A DNA stretch of 64,000 nt, from assembly GCA_976551045.1 (NCBI GenBank), contig CDPCPM010000016.1, forward strand, positions 8,866,001 to 8,930,000. The letters run 5' to 3'. The notes beneath the pieces are model-generated. The model was not told the DNA's origin and ran no database searches. It saw only the letters and a program-made list of their open reading frames with translations. The stretch comes from Glaucostegus cemiculus (taxonomy: Eukaryota). The translations under genes were made by a program, and so were the position numbers. Of this stretch, positions 24,725-37,115 are shown in pieces (the stretch's first letter is position 1; each line of letters begins with the position of its first letter).

Positions 24725-26135
24725 TGAGTCATAGAAGTTACAGAGCTGTACAGTATAGAAATGGGCCCTTTGGCCCAATGCCTCCAATGACAACCATGAT
24801 GCCTATCTGCACTAATCCCATTTGCTTGCATTAGGCCCATATCCTATTGCTCCTTTCCTATAGATGTACCTGTCCCAATATCTTTTAATTATTGTGATCG
24901 TACCTGCCTCTACCATCTCCCCGGCAGCTTGTTACATATAACCACTACCCTCTGTGTGAAAAACCTGCCCCTCAGATCTCTTTTAAATTTCTTTCCTCTC
25001 ACATTCAACCTATGCCCTTTAGTTTTAAACTGCTCTGTCCTGGGAAAAAAGACCATCTACCTTATCTACACCCCTCATAGTCTTAAAAACCTCTAAAAGG
25101 TCACCCTTCAATATCCTACACTTCAGTAAGAACAAACCCAGCTTATCCGATCTCACTTTATAACATTCCAGTCAATAACCTGGTGAATTTCTTCTGCATT
25201 CTTTCTGTATTGTGGTGACCAGAACTGTACACAACACTCCAAGTGTGGTCGAATCAACATTTTGTGCAGCTGCAACATAACGTCCCAACTCTCAAATTCA
25301 ATGCCCAGGTCTATGAAGGCAAGCATTTCAAATGCTTTCTCCACTATCGCATCCACCTACATTGCCATTTTCAGGGAAGTATGAACTTGCACCCCAAGGT
25401 ATCTCTGTATTTCAACGTTCTTAAGGTTCCTGCCATTTACTGTACATGTCCTACCAGTATCTTATGTCCCAAAATGCATTACCTTGCACTTACCTGGATT
25501 AAATTCCATCTGCAACCTTCCATCCACCACCCAATTAAATTCCATCCGCCCAACTTTCTAGATGATCCATGTTCCTTTGTATCCTTAGATAACCTTCTTC
25601 GCTGTGTAAAATTCCACCAATTTTCACATCATCAGCAAACTTAATAATCACGCCATCTACATGCACATCCAGATCATTTACATATATGACAAAAGAAGAG
25701 ATCCCAGGACTGATCCCTGCAGTATTCCTTTAAGACTTACAGTCAGAAAAGTAACCTTCCACCACTACCCTTTGCCTCCTATCATCAAACCAATTTTGGA
25801 TCCAGTTTGCCCACAGACCTCAGATCCATGTACTTTAACCTTCTGGATCAGCCTACTGTCTAGGACTTATGGTCTTAAGGACCTGGTCAAAAGCCTTGCT
25901 AAGGTCCATATGTACCATGTCTACTGCTCCATTTCCATCAATTTTCTTGGTAACCTCCACAAAAACTCCAGGTGGTTTGTGACACAGGATTTCCCTTGCA
26001 AAAGTCAAGCTGACTCCCCTAATCGGCCCCTGCCTTTCCAAGTGAACATAAAACCCATTTCTTAGAATTTTATCAAATTGTTTCCCACTGCTTATGTAAG
26101 GCTCACCAGTCTGTAGTTTCCTGGCTTATCACTAT
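24725..26135 (-). mobile_element. CR1 LINE, 5'-truncated, inserted in the Harbinger relic
   Basis: ORF track: MDLSKAFDQV (25853-26041) and IRPHLECCVQFWSPQYRK (25153-25356); tail at ~24725-24780. Confidence 0.95.
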
Positions 26136-26139
26136 TGTT

Positions 26140-26830
26140 TTAACTCCAGAACTCAAGGTCATTATTTCAGAAGAAAGCCAATAGCTGTGCAAAAGAACCA
26201 CCTGGTACTTGAAGAGAGCTGCCAGAAAGCGGACATGCAATGCCTAGGAACAAAGGGAAATCCTGCTCCAACGTTGAACATATATTTAGACAGTGTTTGA
26301 ACCTCATCTTTTCAAACAAGGAAGTGGTGGCCAACACCATTTTCCTACTTGCAAGCCTTCCATTGTGCAGCGTCTGATGTCCAATGCCTCATTTTCCAAA
26401 TGCAGCACAAGCAGAAGCCAGCTGATATCAGAATGTCGCAGTAGAAGCTCATATTAACAGTAGTTGACCACTAGGAGTGTTACAGCATTGTAGGAATCAG
26501 TCCTCCACAGATACAAACTGTTGCTGAAATGTTACCCAAGGGATTGACAGCGTGTTTATGATGCATCAATCTGCTGTCTTTTTTCAGTATTCTAAGATTT
26601 TACCACTGCCACTCAGAGAGCACTTTGCAACTGCCTTTGGGCCATCCAGCTCAGTGAGAAGGTGAAGTACAAGCTCGGGCTTAGTTGACCAGGGTTGTTG
26701 GTAATTGACCTCCAAAGCCATTTGCAGATTTCCACCAATTATGCTAGATTAACCAGATGAATAATATCGGAGCATGCAGGGGATATTTCATAAATGAACA
26801 CATATAGGTAAATGGCTACAGTCTGTATTA
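26140..26830 (+). pseudogene. Probable 3' part of Harbinger ORF1
   Basis: Lies between the Myb exon and the transposase C-terminus, and resembles sequence I associate with elasmobranch Harbinger ORF1 tails. No diagnostic motif. Confidence 0.4.
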
Positions 26831-26989
26831 TTTTTGTCATGGTGGGATATACATATGTGGGTTGGAGTGTTGGTTTGCTATTGGCTTTTATTCTGCCTAT
26901 GTGGTCAAGTGGGCACAGTCAGGATTGGCAAAAGTAGGAAGGAGGTGGTAAGATGGCCATTGAGCTGTAATGGGGAATTTGAATGGCAG

Positions 26990-27305
26990 TCAGTAAATTC
27001 ACCAATTTATCACAGTCAACTTAGAGAGAAAGGGGATCTTGATGTTGCCTTCTCCCATCTTTTTCTTCATTTGCCTCCCCTTCCTTCTGCTCTGTAGCTG
27101 CTGGTAAAGGTTGAACTCACATGATTGCCAGGTTTGGTATCAACACATTTGGAGAACTGCTTTACTGAATGCCAACAGGTTCCTCCAAGGTTCCCACCAC
27201 TGAAACATTGTTCCTATGATTTGCTGTTTGATGAGGTTTCAGGTGGAAGCAGTGCCCTCATTCTAAGTATATTCTGTATGATGTGGGTATATTCCCAAAG
27301 AGAGA
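26990..27305 (-). pseudogene. Harbinger DDE transposase relic, C-terminal part
   Basis: LGIYPHHTEYT*NEGTAST*NLIKQQIIG ... PNLAIM*VQPLPAATEQKEGEANEEKD corresponds to P-x-T-xx-E-xx-YNxxHxxTRxxIExxIG ... HNLAI plus an acidic tail. Confidence 0.7.
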
Positions 27306-27329
27306 GAAAATTGACCAAAAATGCCAGAG

Positions 27330-29270
27330 CTCTCTGGGTGACAAGCAAGACGGGTAAAATGTGGTAAAGTGGGTACATTGTACCTATAGGATTGATAATA
27401 AAAGAAAGAAGCATTTTGAATATATAAAGCTTTGAGGGACAGTAAGGAAGTATAAGAATTGGCTATCAGCCAGTTTAAAAGTATATCCAAAAGTCTTCTT
27501 GGTTGACTGGCACCTAAATGTTAACCTGTTCAAAGAAACAGAGGATGTGGCTGTTATACTTCATAAGTGTGTTGAAGCTTCATTACTACAGAAGAGGGGA
27601 CTGCCAGAATCTCAGTGGAAGTGGTGATAATAGAGACAAAGAAAGAAATGAGAATTGATAAAGAGGACATAATGGGAAGACCAGCCTATATTTAAAATTG
27701 ATATTACCTGGTTTTGATGGGATATATCCTGGGCTTTCAAGAAGAGAGCAGGTGGGGAGAAGTGGTTGTCCCCAGAAGCCTGCTCAGCCATAAAGTAGGA
27801 TAACAGGTGATCAGATCTGAACTCACTGCTTTCCTGCCCAAGTCCCACGCCCTTTGCCCTGTTGTCCAAAACCCCACCTCAGCTTGAATATATTGAATAT
27901 ATCAAGACCCTTCATCAGTCCAGCTGTAGGGTCTCAACCTGAAACGTTGACTGTCCATTTCCCTCCACAGATGCTGCCTGACCAGCTGGGTTCCTCCAGT
28001 GCCTTTGTGTGTTGCTGAATATACTAAATGGCTTCTCTACTGTAGTTCCCTGGGATAAAGAAATCCAGAGAAACAGCTCTCTGAGAGAGGAAAAAAATCC
28101 TCCTTATCTAAGTCTTAAGCGGCTAACCCCTTATACTGAGACTATGCCTCCTGGTTCTAGACTTCCCCACCATGTGATACATTCCCACAGCATTTACCTC
28201 ATCAAGCTACTTCAGAATCTTACATGTTTCAATGACATCCCTCATTCTTCTCAGGTCCAGAGGACATGGATCCATTCTGCTTAATCTTTCTTCAGAAGCT
28301 AATCCCATTATCCTATGAATCAATCTCACAATCTGTCCTTTTACTACTCTAAAGGCAAGTATATCCTTTCTTTAATGAAGTCAAAACTGTACACTTTACT
28401 CCGTTACATAAATCCTGCACAGCAGCAGAAAGGCTGTGCAGGATTTATACAATATACTCGATGAAATGAAGGCCAACATTTCATAGTGTTACATCAATCC
28501 TTAGTTGCTTGATGTATGCCATTGTATTTTTCTGTATTTCTTGTATAATGACATACAGATTTCTCCGAGAACTTACAATTAATGGTCTCACGCTTTTAAA
28601 TAATACACTACATTTCTATTCTTCCTACCGATATGGATAGTCTCACATTTCCCCTTGTCATACTTCATCTGCCATCCTTAAGTACAGGGGTGGTGTCAGA
28701 GTACTGGAGAATACCCTTGCTCAAAATGGGTGCAAGGATAAAGCTGGGAACTACAAGCCAGCCTGTTTAACCTTATTGATGGGGAAACTTCTAGAAACAA
28801 TGATCTGGGAAAAGAATAATAATTCACTTGGAGAAGTTTGAATTAATGAAAAACCAGCACATATTTGTTGGCAAATTGTACTTGACCAAATTGATTTCAG
28901 ATTTTGTTGAGGTTACAGGGATGGCTTGTGGAATTGATATCAGACATGTCGATTTTCTGAAGGCATTTGATAAAATCCCACACAAAGGCTGGTTAGTAAA
29001 GCTAAAACCTATGGTATCAAAAAGACAATGGCAATTTAAAAGGCTGAAGTGCGGGGCTTAATTTTTCAGACATGTTGGATGGTGGTGGTCCCCAGACGTT
29101 AACGATATTGATATGGATGCTCAGAGTAAAATTTCAAAATTTGTAGCTGACATAAAACCTGCAGGTTTAGTAAACATTGTTCTCGGGGAAAATCAAGGAA
29201 ATGGTACTGATGGAATAGCTCCATGAATAGAAAGTAAAGACTCCAAGTGCTGATTAACTTCTTCTGTGTT
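27330..29270. mobile_element. Nested CR1 cluster: old + copy (~27330-27760 and ~28682-29270) split by a - copy (~27770-28680)
   Basis: + copy gives GNYKPACLT and VDFLKAFDKIPHK (ORF 28828-29061). The - copy shows a reverse-complemented CR1 3' end. Confidence 0.8.
27900..28015 (+). repeat. Penelope-derived repeat inserted in the minus-strand CR1
   Basis: agacccttcatcag...gggtctcaacctgaaacgttgactg...cagatgctgcctgaccagctg, flanked by tgaatatattgaat / tgaatatactaaat (possible target-site duplication). Confidence 0.7.
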
Positions 29271-29279
29271 GAAACAATT

Positions 29280-30062
29280 TTGTGATTTAACACTGCAGTA
29301 AGATCCAGTTGCTGAGAAGGATATAGCCCTGATATCCCAGAAGCCACTTTTTTGGCCTGGCAAGGTTGATTGTTGCTAGAAAACACAGCTTACTGCGCAA
29401 ATTAAAAGGTTTGTGGGTGCCGTCTGGGTATTCAGCAATGGCCATCACATTGTGCTGGGTATGATCACTGGGCAGTTGAGAGAGAGAGTGAAAGTCTTTG
29501 CAGTTTGTAGAGTACAAATATAGAGTGTTCAAATATGGAGGCTTTCATCAACACGAGTCCAGTCAATGGCACTCTGCCATTGGAAAGCAATAAATACTGG
29601 TGAATCCACATCCTCTTGCTGCTTTCTGCTGTCTGCCTCGGTAGAAGATGAGTTCTGCTCTCCTGAAGTCGATAACTTCTGTGATCTTCCCAATGCTGCA
29701 AACTGTGAAATGTTTCCGATGTCCCATGAACCAGTGTGGAAAGCTCCAGATATAGAAACTGATGACCTTTCTGAATTCTACAGTCACGGACAACAGAGTT
29801 CTGGACCTACTTTGTCAGTGCAGTCATGGATGCAGCTTATGGCGTAGCTCCATCAGCACCTCCTTAATGAAGTGGAGTCACCTCAGGGATTGCTTCTGCT
29901 GACATGCACGAGGGTGAAGTCTTCAGTGGACAGCCTTGTTGGACAGGTTCTCCAGCTGAGGACCTCCTTCTTCTCCCTCTTCCAGCAGACTGCCCCATCC
30001 TCCTGCATTCTCCTCATTCTCACATGATGCACTCCAGTAGACTGATCACTGAAGCCTCCCAT
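29280..30062 (-). pseudogene. PIF/Harbinger (HARBI1-type) DDE transposase relic, N-terminal and catalytic part
   Basis: Collinear decayed motifs: QSLR*LHFIKEVLMEL; ISGAFHTGSWDIGNISQ; GFTSIYCFP / SAIDWTRV (GAIDCTH); NCKDFHSL (NRKGFHS); AEYPDGTHKPFNLR (ARYPGSxHDxFILR); WLLGYQGY (WLLGDxGY). Confidence 0.85.
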
Positions 30063-30569
30063 TCTGTGAGCAACAGAGTTCTGTTGTCAGCACATATTCT
30101 CCTCTGCAAATCAATGTGGGCTTCAAAAATTGCCATGAGATCTAGAAGACGACTAACTCCTCTACTTATTCAAACTTAGACTTGGTAAATTAATCACAAA
30201 CAAACTGCAAGGAATTTAAATAGCACGTGATGTGGACCCTTCCTGTTGCTCTATGCTGGCTTCTTAATACGAGGTGAACGTGTGGTGTTAGCTGCATCAC
30301 TGAATTTCAATTCGGCAACACTGGCATTGAATCGGCACTGCACACTGATCAGCATCAGAATCCGCCTGCTCCACATAATCTGGCATGCGTGAGTATTACG
30401 TGTTCTGCTGTCCTTCCCAACAAAGCGAGAGGAATGAATTGTAGTGCCAATATGCAGTGTGAGACAAGCAGCAAACTGGCAGAAGTTGGCACCTGTAGAA
30501 CTCAAACAATGGATGCTGCGGAGCTGAACAGTGCCAGGTGATAGAAGGTGCTAACACCTTTTGTATGTT

Positions 30570-31100
30570 TAGAAGCTCTCAAAGCACTCTGCAGTCTATT
30601 AACTACCTCTTGGTTGTAGTAACTGCTTGCTGTTACCTATGTAACATAACAAACCATGTGGTTTTGATGAAAATTAACCAGGTTTTCTTCCCAATTCTAT
30701 TTCAGTTGCTTAAAGGGTCCCTGTTTGCCATTCACAACTATATTAGAGGACATATTGCTACTTACTCTCTTTTGATTACCTGATGACTGTACAGGAAAAA
30801 AATTACCATAGTTTGCCCACAAACTGAAAAACAACAATATGCTTTATAAATCAGTAACAGTAAATTCCCTCAAAGGCGTTCAGTGACACATAATCAGAAT
30901 ATTCTCGCATTATCTAAGACTGCGGATGCATTCAAGGTACACCAGGCTGCCATTTGTTACTGCAGCACATCATATGAATTTTCACTTTCATTTAAAAGGC
31001 CTAGACACATTTCACAACTATCACCTGAGGGGAGCCATCGACTTGCCTCTGCCTTGAGTTTAGAGATGTCTTTAATGTAGTGTTGTTCTGAGTTTCTGGG
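30570..31100 (-). mobile_element. Old SINE/L2-tail fragments
   Basis: ctcaaagcactctgcag...tagtaactgc and aacaacaatatgctttata...ctcaaaggcgttc resemble reverse-complemented Deu-SINE/L2 tails. Confidence 0.4.
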
Positions 31101-32529
31101 CATTGCCAATCAGCATTAAGGAAACTATAGCAGTCAGACCATGAGGGATTGTAAATTGCCCACAATTTCTGAGTCCTGTAAAAATGAGAATTTCACTTCA
31201 CCCATAACTAAGAAGAACTCACAGAATTTGACATGCTATCTACTTTACATCTTTGATTATCTCATCTGTATTTTGTTGAAGTATCATTTATGCTTTCAAA
31301 AACTGTAACTTTTTAAAGAGAATCATACCTTCAATATTTTCTACTTAAGACAATAACTTACTGTTTATATAAATCAATCTTTATCCCTAAACTAAAAGAT
31401 CAAAATCAAATTCTGGTTAAAATTAAAAACTTTGATGCTGCAGCATTATTTCCATTTGCCAAACTTAGACTTTGCAAAAGTGCAAAACATAATCAATATC
31501 TTTAACATATTAAGATTAATAAATTAATATTTAATCACCTAATCAATATAATTAGCCAAAGGTTTTAATCTACACTGTTTGTATTTTATTTCTACTAATC
31601 AAATCTCACTTTATCAGAAACAGAAAAATGACATAATTATATTGACAAATATTAAAGAATCCCACATTAATATTTTAGTAATTTAATATTAAAAATAAAC
31701 CAGCACCATATTAGAGGTAGAAAGTATCTTTATCAAACAAGATGGCGACATTTATATTCGTTCCAATATGTATACTGGAAAGCATTGATTGGATCAATGA
31801 GGTTTAAGAACATTTTGCTCTAAAAGATCAGGATTGATCTCTGAGTGCCTTACTTTTTCCACTTGCTTACCTACATAAAGTCAACTCATCTTTGTTTTCA
31901 GAGATTAAGGGACGTGGTGAATAAAGTTTCTTCAGGAAGATTGATAAATTCCAGCTCTAACAATTACAACATGCCTCATTACATCTAATTTGATGCCAAT
32001 ACTGAAAATCAGACTACTAATTGGCAGAATATGATAAATGTAAATAAAGAGCATCTTAATGCACAATGATTATTCTGTGGAAAAGTACAAGATGCTTGTG
32101 CCATGATATCCTTTGTCTAACAGCTGATCACTCAGTAATATGGCCAAGCAGATCACTGCAAAAATTACTTTTCTTGTACTAAACCAATCAAACACATCAG
32201 CATCTACAGCCTCATTCACTCTCTGCTTGAGATTCTTCTTGGGTAGTTAGAGGTTATATCATTCATACCAGAGGCACAATCTCTTCTCACCACAAGCCAG
32301 AAAACTTGTTTAGTTTTTATAGATAGCATTACTATGGTGCAGAACAATTTCTAATGGTGATGACTTCCATCATTACCTAAACACAGAAGATAACACATAC
32401 ACTTATACGTTTATGGCCATTGAACAAACATATTATTCTACATATTTCACTACATAGAAAATATACATAAGAAGGTGTTACTCATTGTAACACAGAGTGG
32501 TTCCAGCAACAGTTGTCACATGGCTCACC

Positions 32530-32990
32530 CTTCATTGAGACTTGAGTCTCATCAGCGAGCTGCAGATGCCAACCGGGTGTCCAGAGGCAACTCGCTGTTT
32601 CACAAGCATACAGGTGGTCTGGCTGCCCCAGCAGCAGCCTTCAGGTAGGTCCTGGGACAGGGAAGGAAGGGTAGGAGTTGATTGAGAGACAGGGTGAGTG
32701 ATTAGGAAGGCTAGGGGATTGACTAGAAGGGGGCCAAGCGGGAGCTGGCGATGGTCTACGGGACTGCTGCAGAACTGGGAGGAGCCCTCCCTCACCTCCC
32801 AGATCCACATTCAGGTAAGTATTTTTTTCAAAAACTTACCTTTATGGTGGCGGCCTCCAGCGGTCCCTTTAAGGACTGCTGGTTCGGCCGCATGTAGACA
32901 CGGTTATCTTGAATGCAGCTGGCCCGGTGCCAGAGAAAGGAGAAGACCTATGCAGAGGAAAATTGTTATTGGGATTTCTAAAATAAAATA
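32530..32990. repeat. GC-rich non-autonomous DNA-element-like repeat
   Basis: Local GC/CpG rise, G-rich tract, ggaggagccctccctcacctccc, and a central aggtaagt...acttacct inverted pair. Confidence 0.5.
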
Positions 32991-33589
32991 GGCTTATGGG
33001 CATGTTTAATGCTAAGAGACTTATTTGAATTTTATGTGCTTATTATCATAAGTCAGTGGCTGAAAAAGAAACACAGTAACCAAAAGAAGTTGGAGTAAAA
33101 ATGTTTCAACAATATATTGTATTCTGGCCAGTTGCTGGCTGGTTGATAACTTTTTTTTGAATTTTTGCTTATTTTTGCATTTGACCAATCAGATATTTGG
33201 GTCAATTTAAATTGCCATTTTACATTTATTCAATGGCCAAAAATCACATTAATGGCCTAAATGAGCTAAAACTTAAGTTATACATATACAGAGTTAACAT
33301 AACTTTTGTACTTTTCCCACAATCATCCCATTTTCACTGGAATTGGAAGGGTGGTAAAGGGAAACAAAAGAGTTGTTTCAATTTCAATTTCAGCCACCTC
33401 ATTGGCTCAGCCAGATAACAAAATAAGGAGTTCTTACTCAAACATTTCTTTTCTGAGATGCCTTGACAAACAATCTTAAGCCATAGGGAAAGCTCCCTGT
33501 GTTTTAACTAACTGGCCACCTTGTTACAAAAATTTTCATGAGGATATGCCTGTGATATTCTTGCTGATCACCATTACTACAGTCTGAAT

Positions 33590-34030
33590 TTTAACCTGGT
33601 CCAGGTACATGGAGCCTGGAGCTGCCTTGTGGCCCATTACAGAAGTTGGTGGGATGTGGGTCTTAAAGGTGAGCCTTGCAATTCCCACACAAAAAAAAGT
33701 CAGAAACAAGGCAACTAAACAAGGGGAGGGATGCCAGGAAACAAGAGGGAGAGGGGCATAATCTGTATGTGGGTTCAAGAGGAACACTCCTGCTCCTCTT
33801 GTCCCACAAATGGCTTTTTAAACTACAAAAATCAAAGGGTCACATGGGACCACAGTTGTCAGCTATCACTAGTGGATCCAGGACTGTATAGACCACAGTC
33901 AGCCCAACGTTAAAAATCACTGCTGCATCACAATGGCAGCATTGCCTTTAGAAGTGAGCCCCTCATTAGTCATGGACATGTAGTTCACCCAGAGACAACA
34001 AGAACGCACAAGTTAAAATAGCCTTCATTA
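33590..34030. repeat. Related non-autonomous DNA-element-like repeat
   Basis: G-rich tract followed by gaggaacactcctgctcctcttgtcccac, similar to the ~32780-32810 motif. Confidence 0.4.
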
Positions 34031-35934
34031 ACAACACTGTGAGAAGTTTGTAAAGCCAATTTGAACACCCTCATGAGCTGGCCTAAACTGAGGTCTAAGC
34101 TTGGAAATTTTCAAACCAGCCAGATGTGTTGTTACTTATCATTTACTGGCCTCCACAAAGCAATTGCTGAAACAATTTTATGATAAATTTGCATAACAAC
34201 TAGAGCAAAATGCATACTTTCACCACTGGATATGGTTCGAGGTTGTTCACAGTTGTCAAGACTCACCTTTACTTAGGTAATACTCAAGATCTCTTTACCC
34301 TGATGTTACTGCTCTGCAAATTCCATCAGTAACAACCATGAAAAATCACTTCTTTAATTCAACAAAATTATCAACACTCTCCAAGGAAAGGTTAACTGTG
34401 CAATAGTATGAAATTATTATTATTTAAACTTTCTTTTGTGCTTTGTTGTTATTGGTCAGTTGTAGCAATCTTGATAACAGAAATGAATATGATAAAGTGT
34501 TAATGAGTAGAACTGTAACATTTGCAATTTAGGTCATCAAAGTGGAATTGACTATAGTCACCAGAAAGAATGTATTACAGTCTAAGTGTGTTTTATTCCT
34601 ACTCCCCAGTCACAATATTATAGTGTAACTTTTTCATTTATATTATACAGAATTACTTTTCTGCCCAGGTTGATCAACGTAACCTTACAGTGGCACAAAA
34701 CAAAATTAAGTTAGGAGTCACCCAATGGCCTTTATTATATAATGTAATGAAGCTATCACAAAAAAGAGCATTTGTGAAGTGTTGGAAGATCTTTGGTTTT
34801 GTAAAACAAAAGCAAATGAAATTGTAAGAAAACACATTAATGCATCTGAGCACTTCCAGTATTTGCCATTAAAGGGATCCATTTCCATGCCAGTTCAGTA
34901 GATATGAATACATTTATGATTGTTTTATGGTTTTCCAGTACGTTAATGCAAATGTGCTCCCGTGCATATATCACATTGCTCAGCAGTCTGGAGTAGCTAC
35001 AGCTTTGTCCCCTCGGGCCAAGCTGGAGAAAAAAATCCCTTCCAATTTAGCAGCAGGTGAGCCCCAAATCCTCAGAGTATTTGCCTAAATCCTCAGCAGT
35101 TTTACAATTACATTTCCTCGATGTTTCTCAACATACTTATTCACCCAAATTTAATATAACCAAACCACTGGATTCAGAATTCCAAGCTTGGACTCACTGG
35201 AATGCTCAATTTTCATGGTTCATGCTAATCGACAGTCACCAACCCCAGAACATATGAAAACACAGGGTTTATAAGCACCTTCCATATGATCATTAGCTCA
35301 CTCTTCAAGAGATTCTTCAACAAATTAATAGAAGCAAAAGTTCCCTGTGTCAAAGCCATTCCTATCTTTGTCTTAGGCATATACAAGTGTTGAACTTGTT
35401 TTCTGATAGCCATGTTCATAGGCTGCGTGACTTTCCTCTTTATTGAACTTATCGGGAAAATATCATGCAAATAGAAAGGAAGGTGCTGATTTGTTACGAG
35501 TGTGCTTTACACTTCTCATGGAGATCAAATTCACGCCCCCTCCCCTGCAACCTCAATCCCTTCTATTGCCATGTCTAAAATTTCAGTTCCATACAGTGGT
35601 GCACTTGAAGACTTCCAAAATAGTGACTTGAACAAAAAATTGTACCTGGCTACTGGGACAGAATGTAATGATTATTTTTCATATATACCAAAGTGGTGCA
35701 GACAGCACAATACTTTTCCTCTTTACCAAGCAATTATGGAAACAGAATCAAGTGAATTTATTTCACTCAGTGTACAGTTTTTTGACCTGAAACCTCTTAT
35801 TGTCCACAATTTACAGTATGCTGTGCTGCATGTTTCAAATATAAATTTACAATGTCAATTTCTGGCCAAGTCCAGACACAAGAAGAAGAAAACACACCAA
35901 GTTCTTTGGAGGAAGTCCATTTTACAGAACAACT

Positions 35935-36200
35935 TAGAGTCACAAAGTCAGAATCTTACAGCTTGGAAACAGGCCCTTCAGCCCAAGTGACCCATACCGA
36001 TAGTGTTGCCCAGCTAGCTCGTCCCATCTGCCAGCGTTTGGCCCATGGCCCTGTATACATCCCCTATCCATGTACTTGTCTAGGTGGCTTTTAAACACTG
36101 CTGATGTGTCCATCTCAACCACTATTTCTGACAGCTCATTCCAAATATGCACCACATTTTGTGTGAAGAAGCTGCCCCGATGTCCTTTTCAAATCTCTCA
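35935..36200 (-). mobile_element. CR1 3' end (relatively young)
   Basis: ORF 35940-36155 reads VHIWNELSEIVVE...FKSHLDKYM, the CR1 ORF2 C-terminus (WNxLP...FKxxLD). Confidence 0.9.
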
Positions 36201-36269
36201 GATCAGATCTCAAATCAGTCACAGCACAATTAGTCTCATCAATTGTTCCTCTGTCAGAAAAAAAATTCT

Positions 36270-37115
36270 GTTGTCCAATATGACCTACATTGATGACTTC
36301 AATATTGGGAGAAAGTGTAATGTATATAAAGTTTGCAGATGCTGCAAAGACAGGTGGGAAGGTAAGTTGTGAGCAGGACACAAACTGTCTGCAATTCCAT
36401 TTGGACAGGTTAAGTGAGCAGTCATAAAGATATCAGAGAAAGTATAATGAAGTAAAGGTGTTAATTGGTAGGAAGAATAGAGAAGTATTACTTAATTGGT
36501 ATAACACTACTAAATATTTGTGTTGAAAGAGGTATGGGTTTCCATATTCAAGAATTGCAAAAGTGGGGATGTGTGTACTTCAAGCAGTTAGGAAGGAGGA
36601 GTAAGGAAATCTATGGGGCTTGGTGAAAGTGCCATCTGAAACACCGTATACAATGTTTAAGGAAGAGTATACCTGCCTTAGAGGTAGTGCAGCAAAGATT
36701 CACCAGGCTGATTCTTAGGACGAGGAAGTTGCCTTTTGCAAAAACATTAAGCAGATTGCGTGTGTCTCAGTGGTTTAGAATTATATTGGTGATCACTGAA
36801 ACCAAAGGTTCTGGGGGTGGGGGTTGGGCGGGGGTGGGCTTGACAAAATGGATAATGTGAGGGTTGGGAGGGGGTCATAGTCTCACAATATGGAGTCAAT
36901 CTCAGAGAATTGTGAATTTTTGGAATTCTCTACCATAGAGTGCGATGGCATCTGTCATTTTCAAGGCCAAGAAAGATAGAGCTTTTGACTCTAAAGGAAC
37001 TAAGGGTTGTGGGAATCAGGCAGAAGAAAGGAATTGAATGCAACAATCTTATTGCATTATGTCTGAACAGGCTTGGGAATTATGGCCTGTCAGACATCTG
37101 TTTATTATGTTATTA
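36270..37115 (+). mobile_element. Old CR1 3' portion
   Basis: aagtttgcagatg (KFAD), aagattcaccaggctgattc, gtgaatttttggaattctctacc and the tail. Confidence 0.8.

Noticed and set aside
25243-26065. Two 133-134 aa ORFs in tandem
   Set aside because: Antisense frames of the CR1 RT region.
29566-29847. Acidic, protein-like + strand ORF (93 aa)
   Set aside because: It is the antisense frame of the decayed Harbinger transposase.
29280-30062. Possible domesticated HARBI1 gene
   Set aside because: Multiple stops and frameshifts, loss of catalytic residues, and LINE insertions within the ORF.
35502-35990. 162-aa ORF
   Set aside because: Non-ATG start, no recognisable domain or splice context, and it ends inside a CR1 tail.
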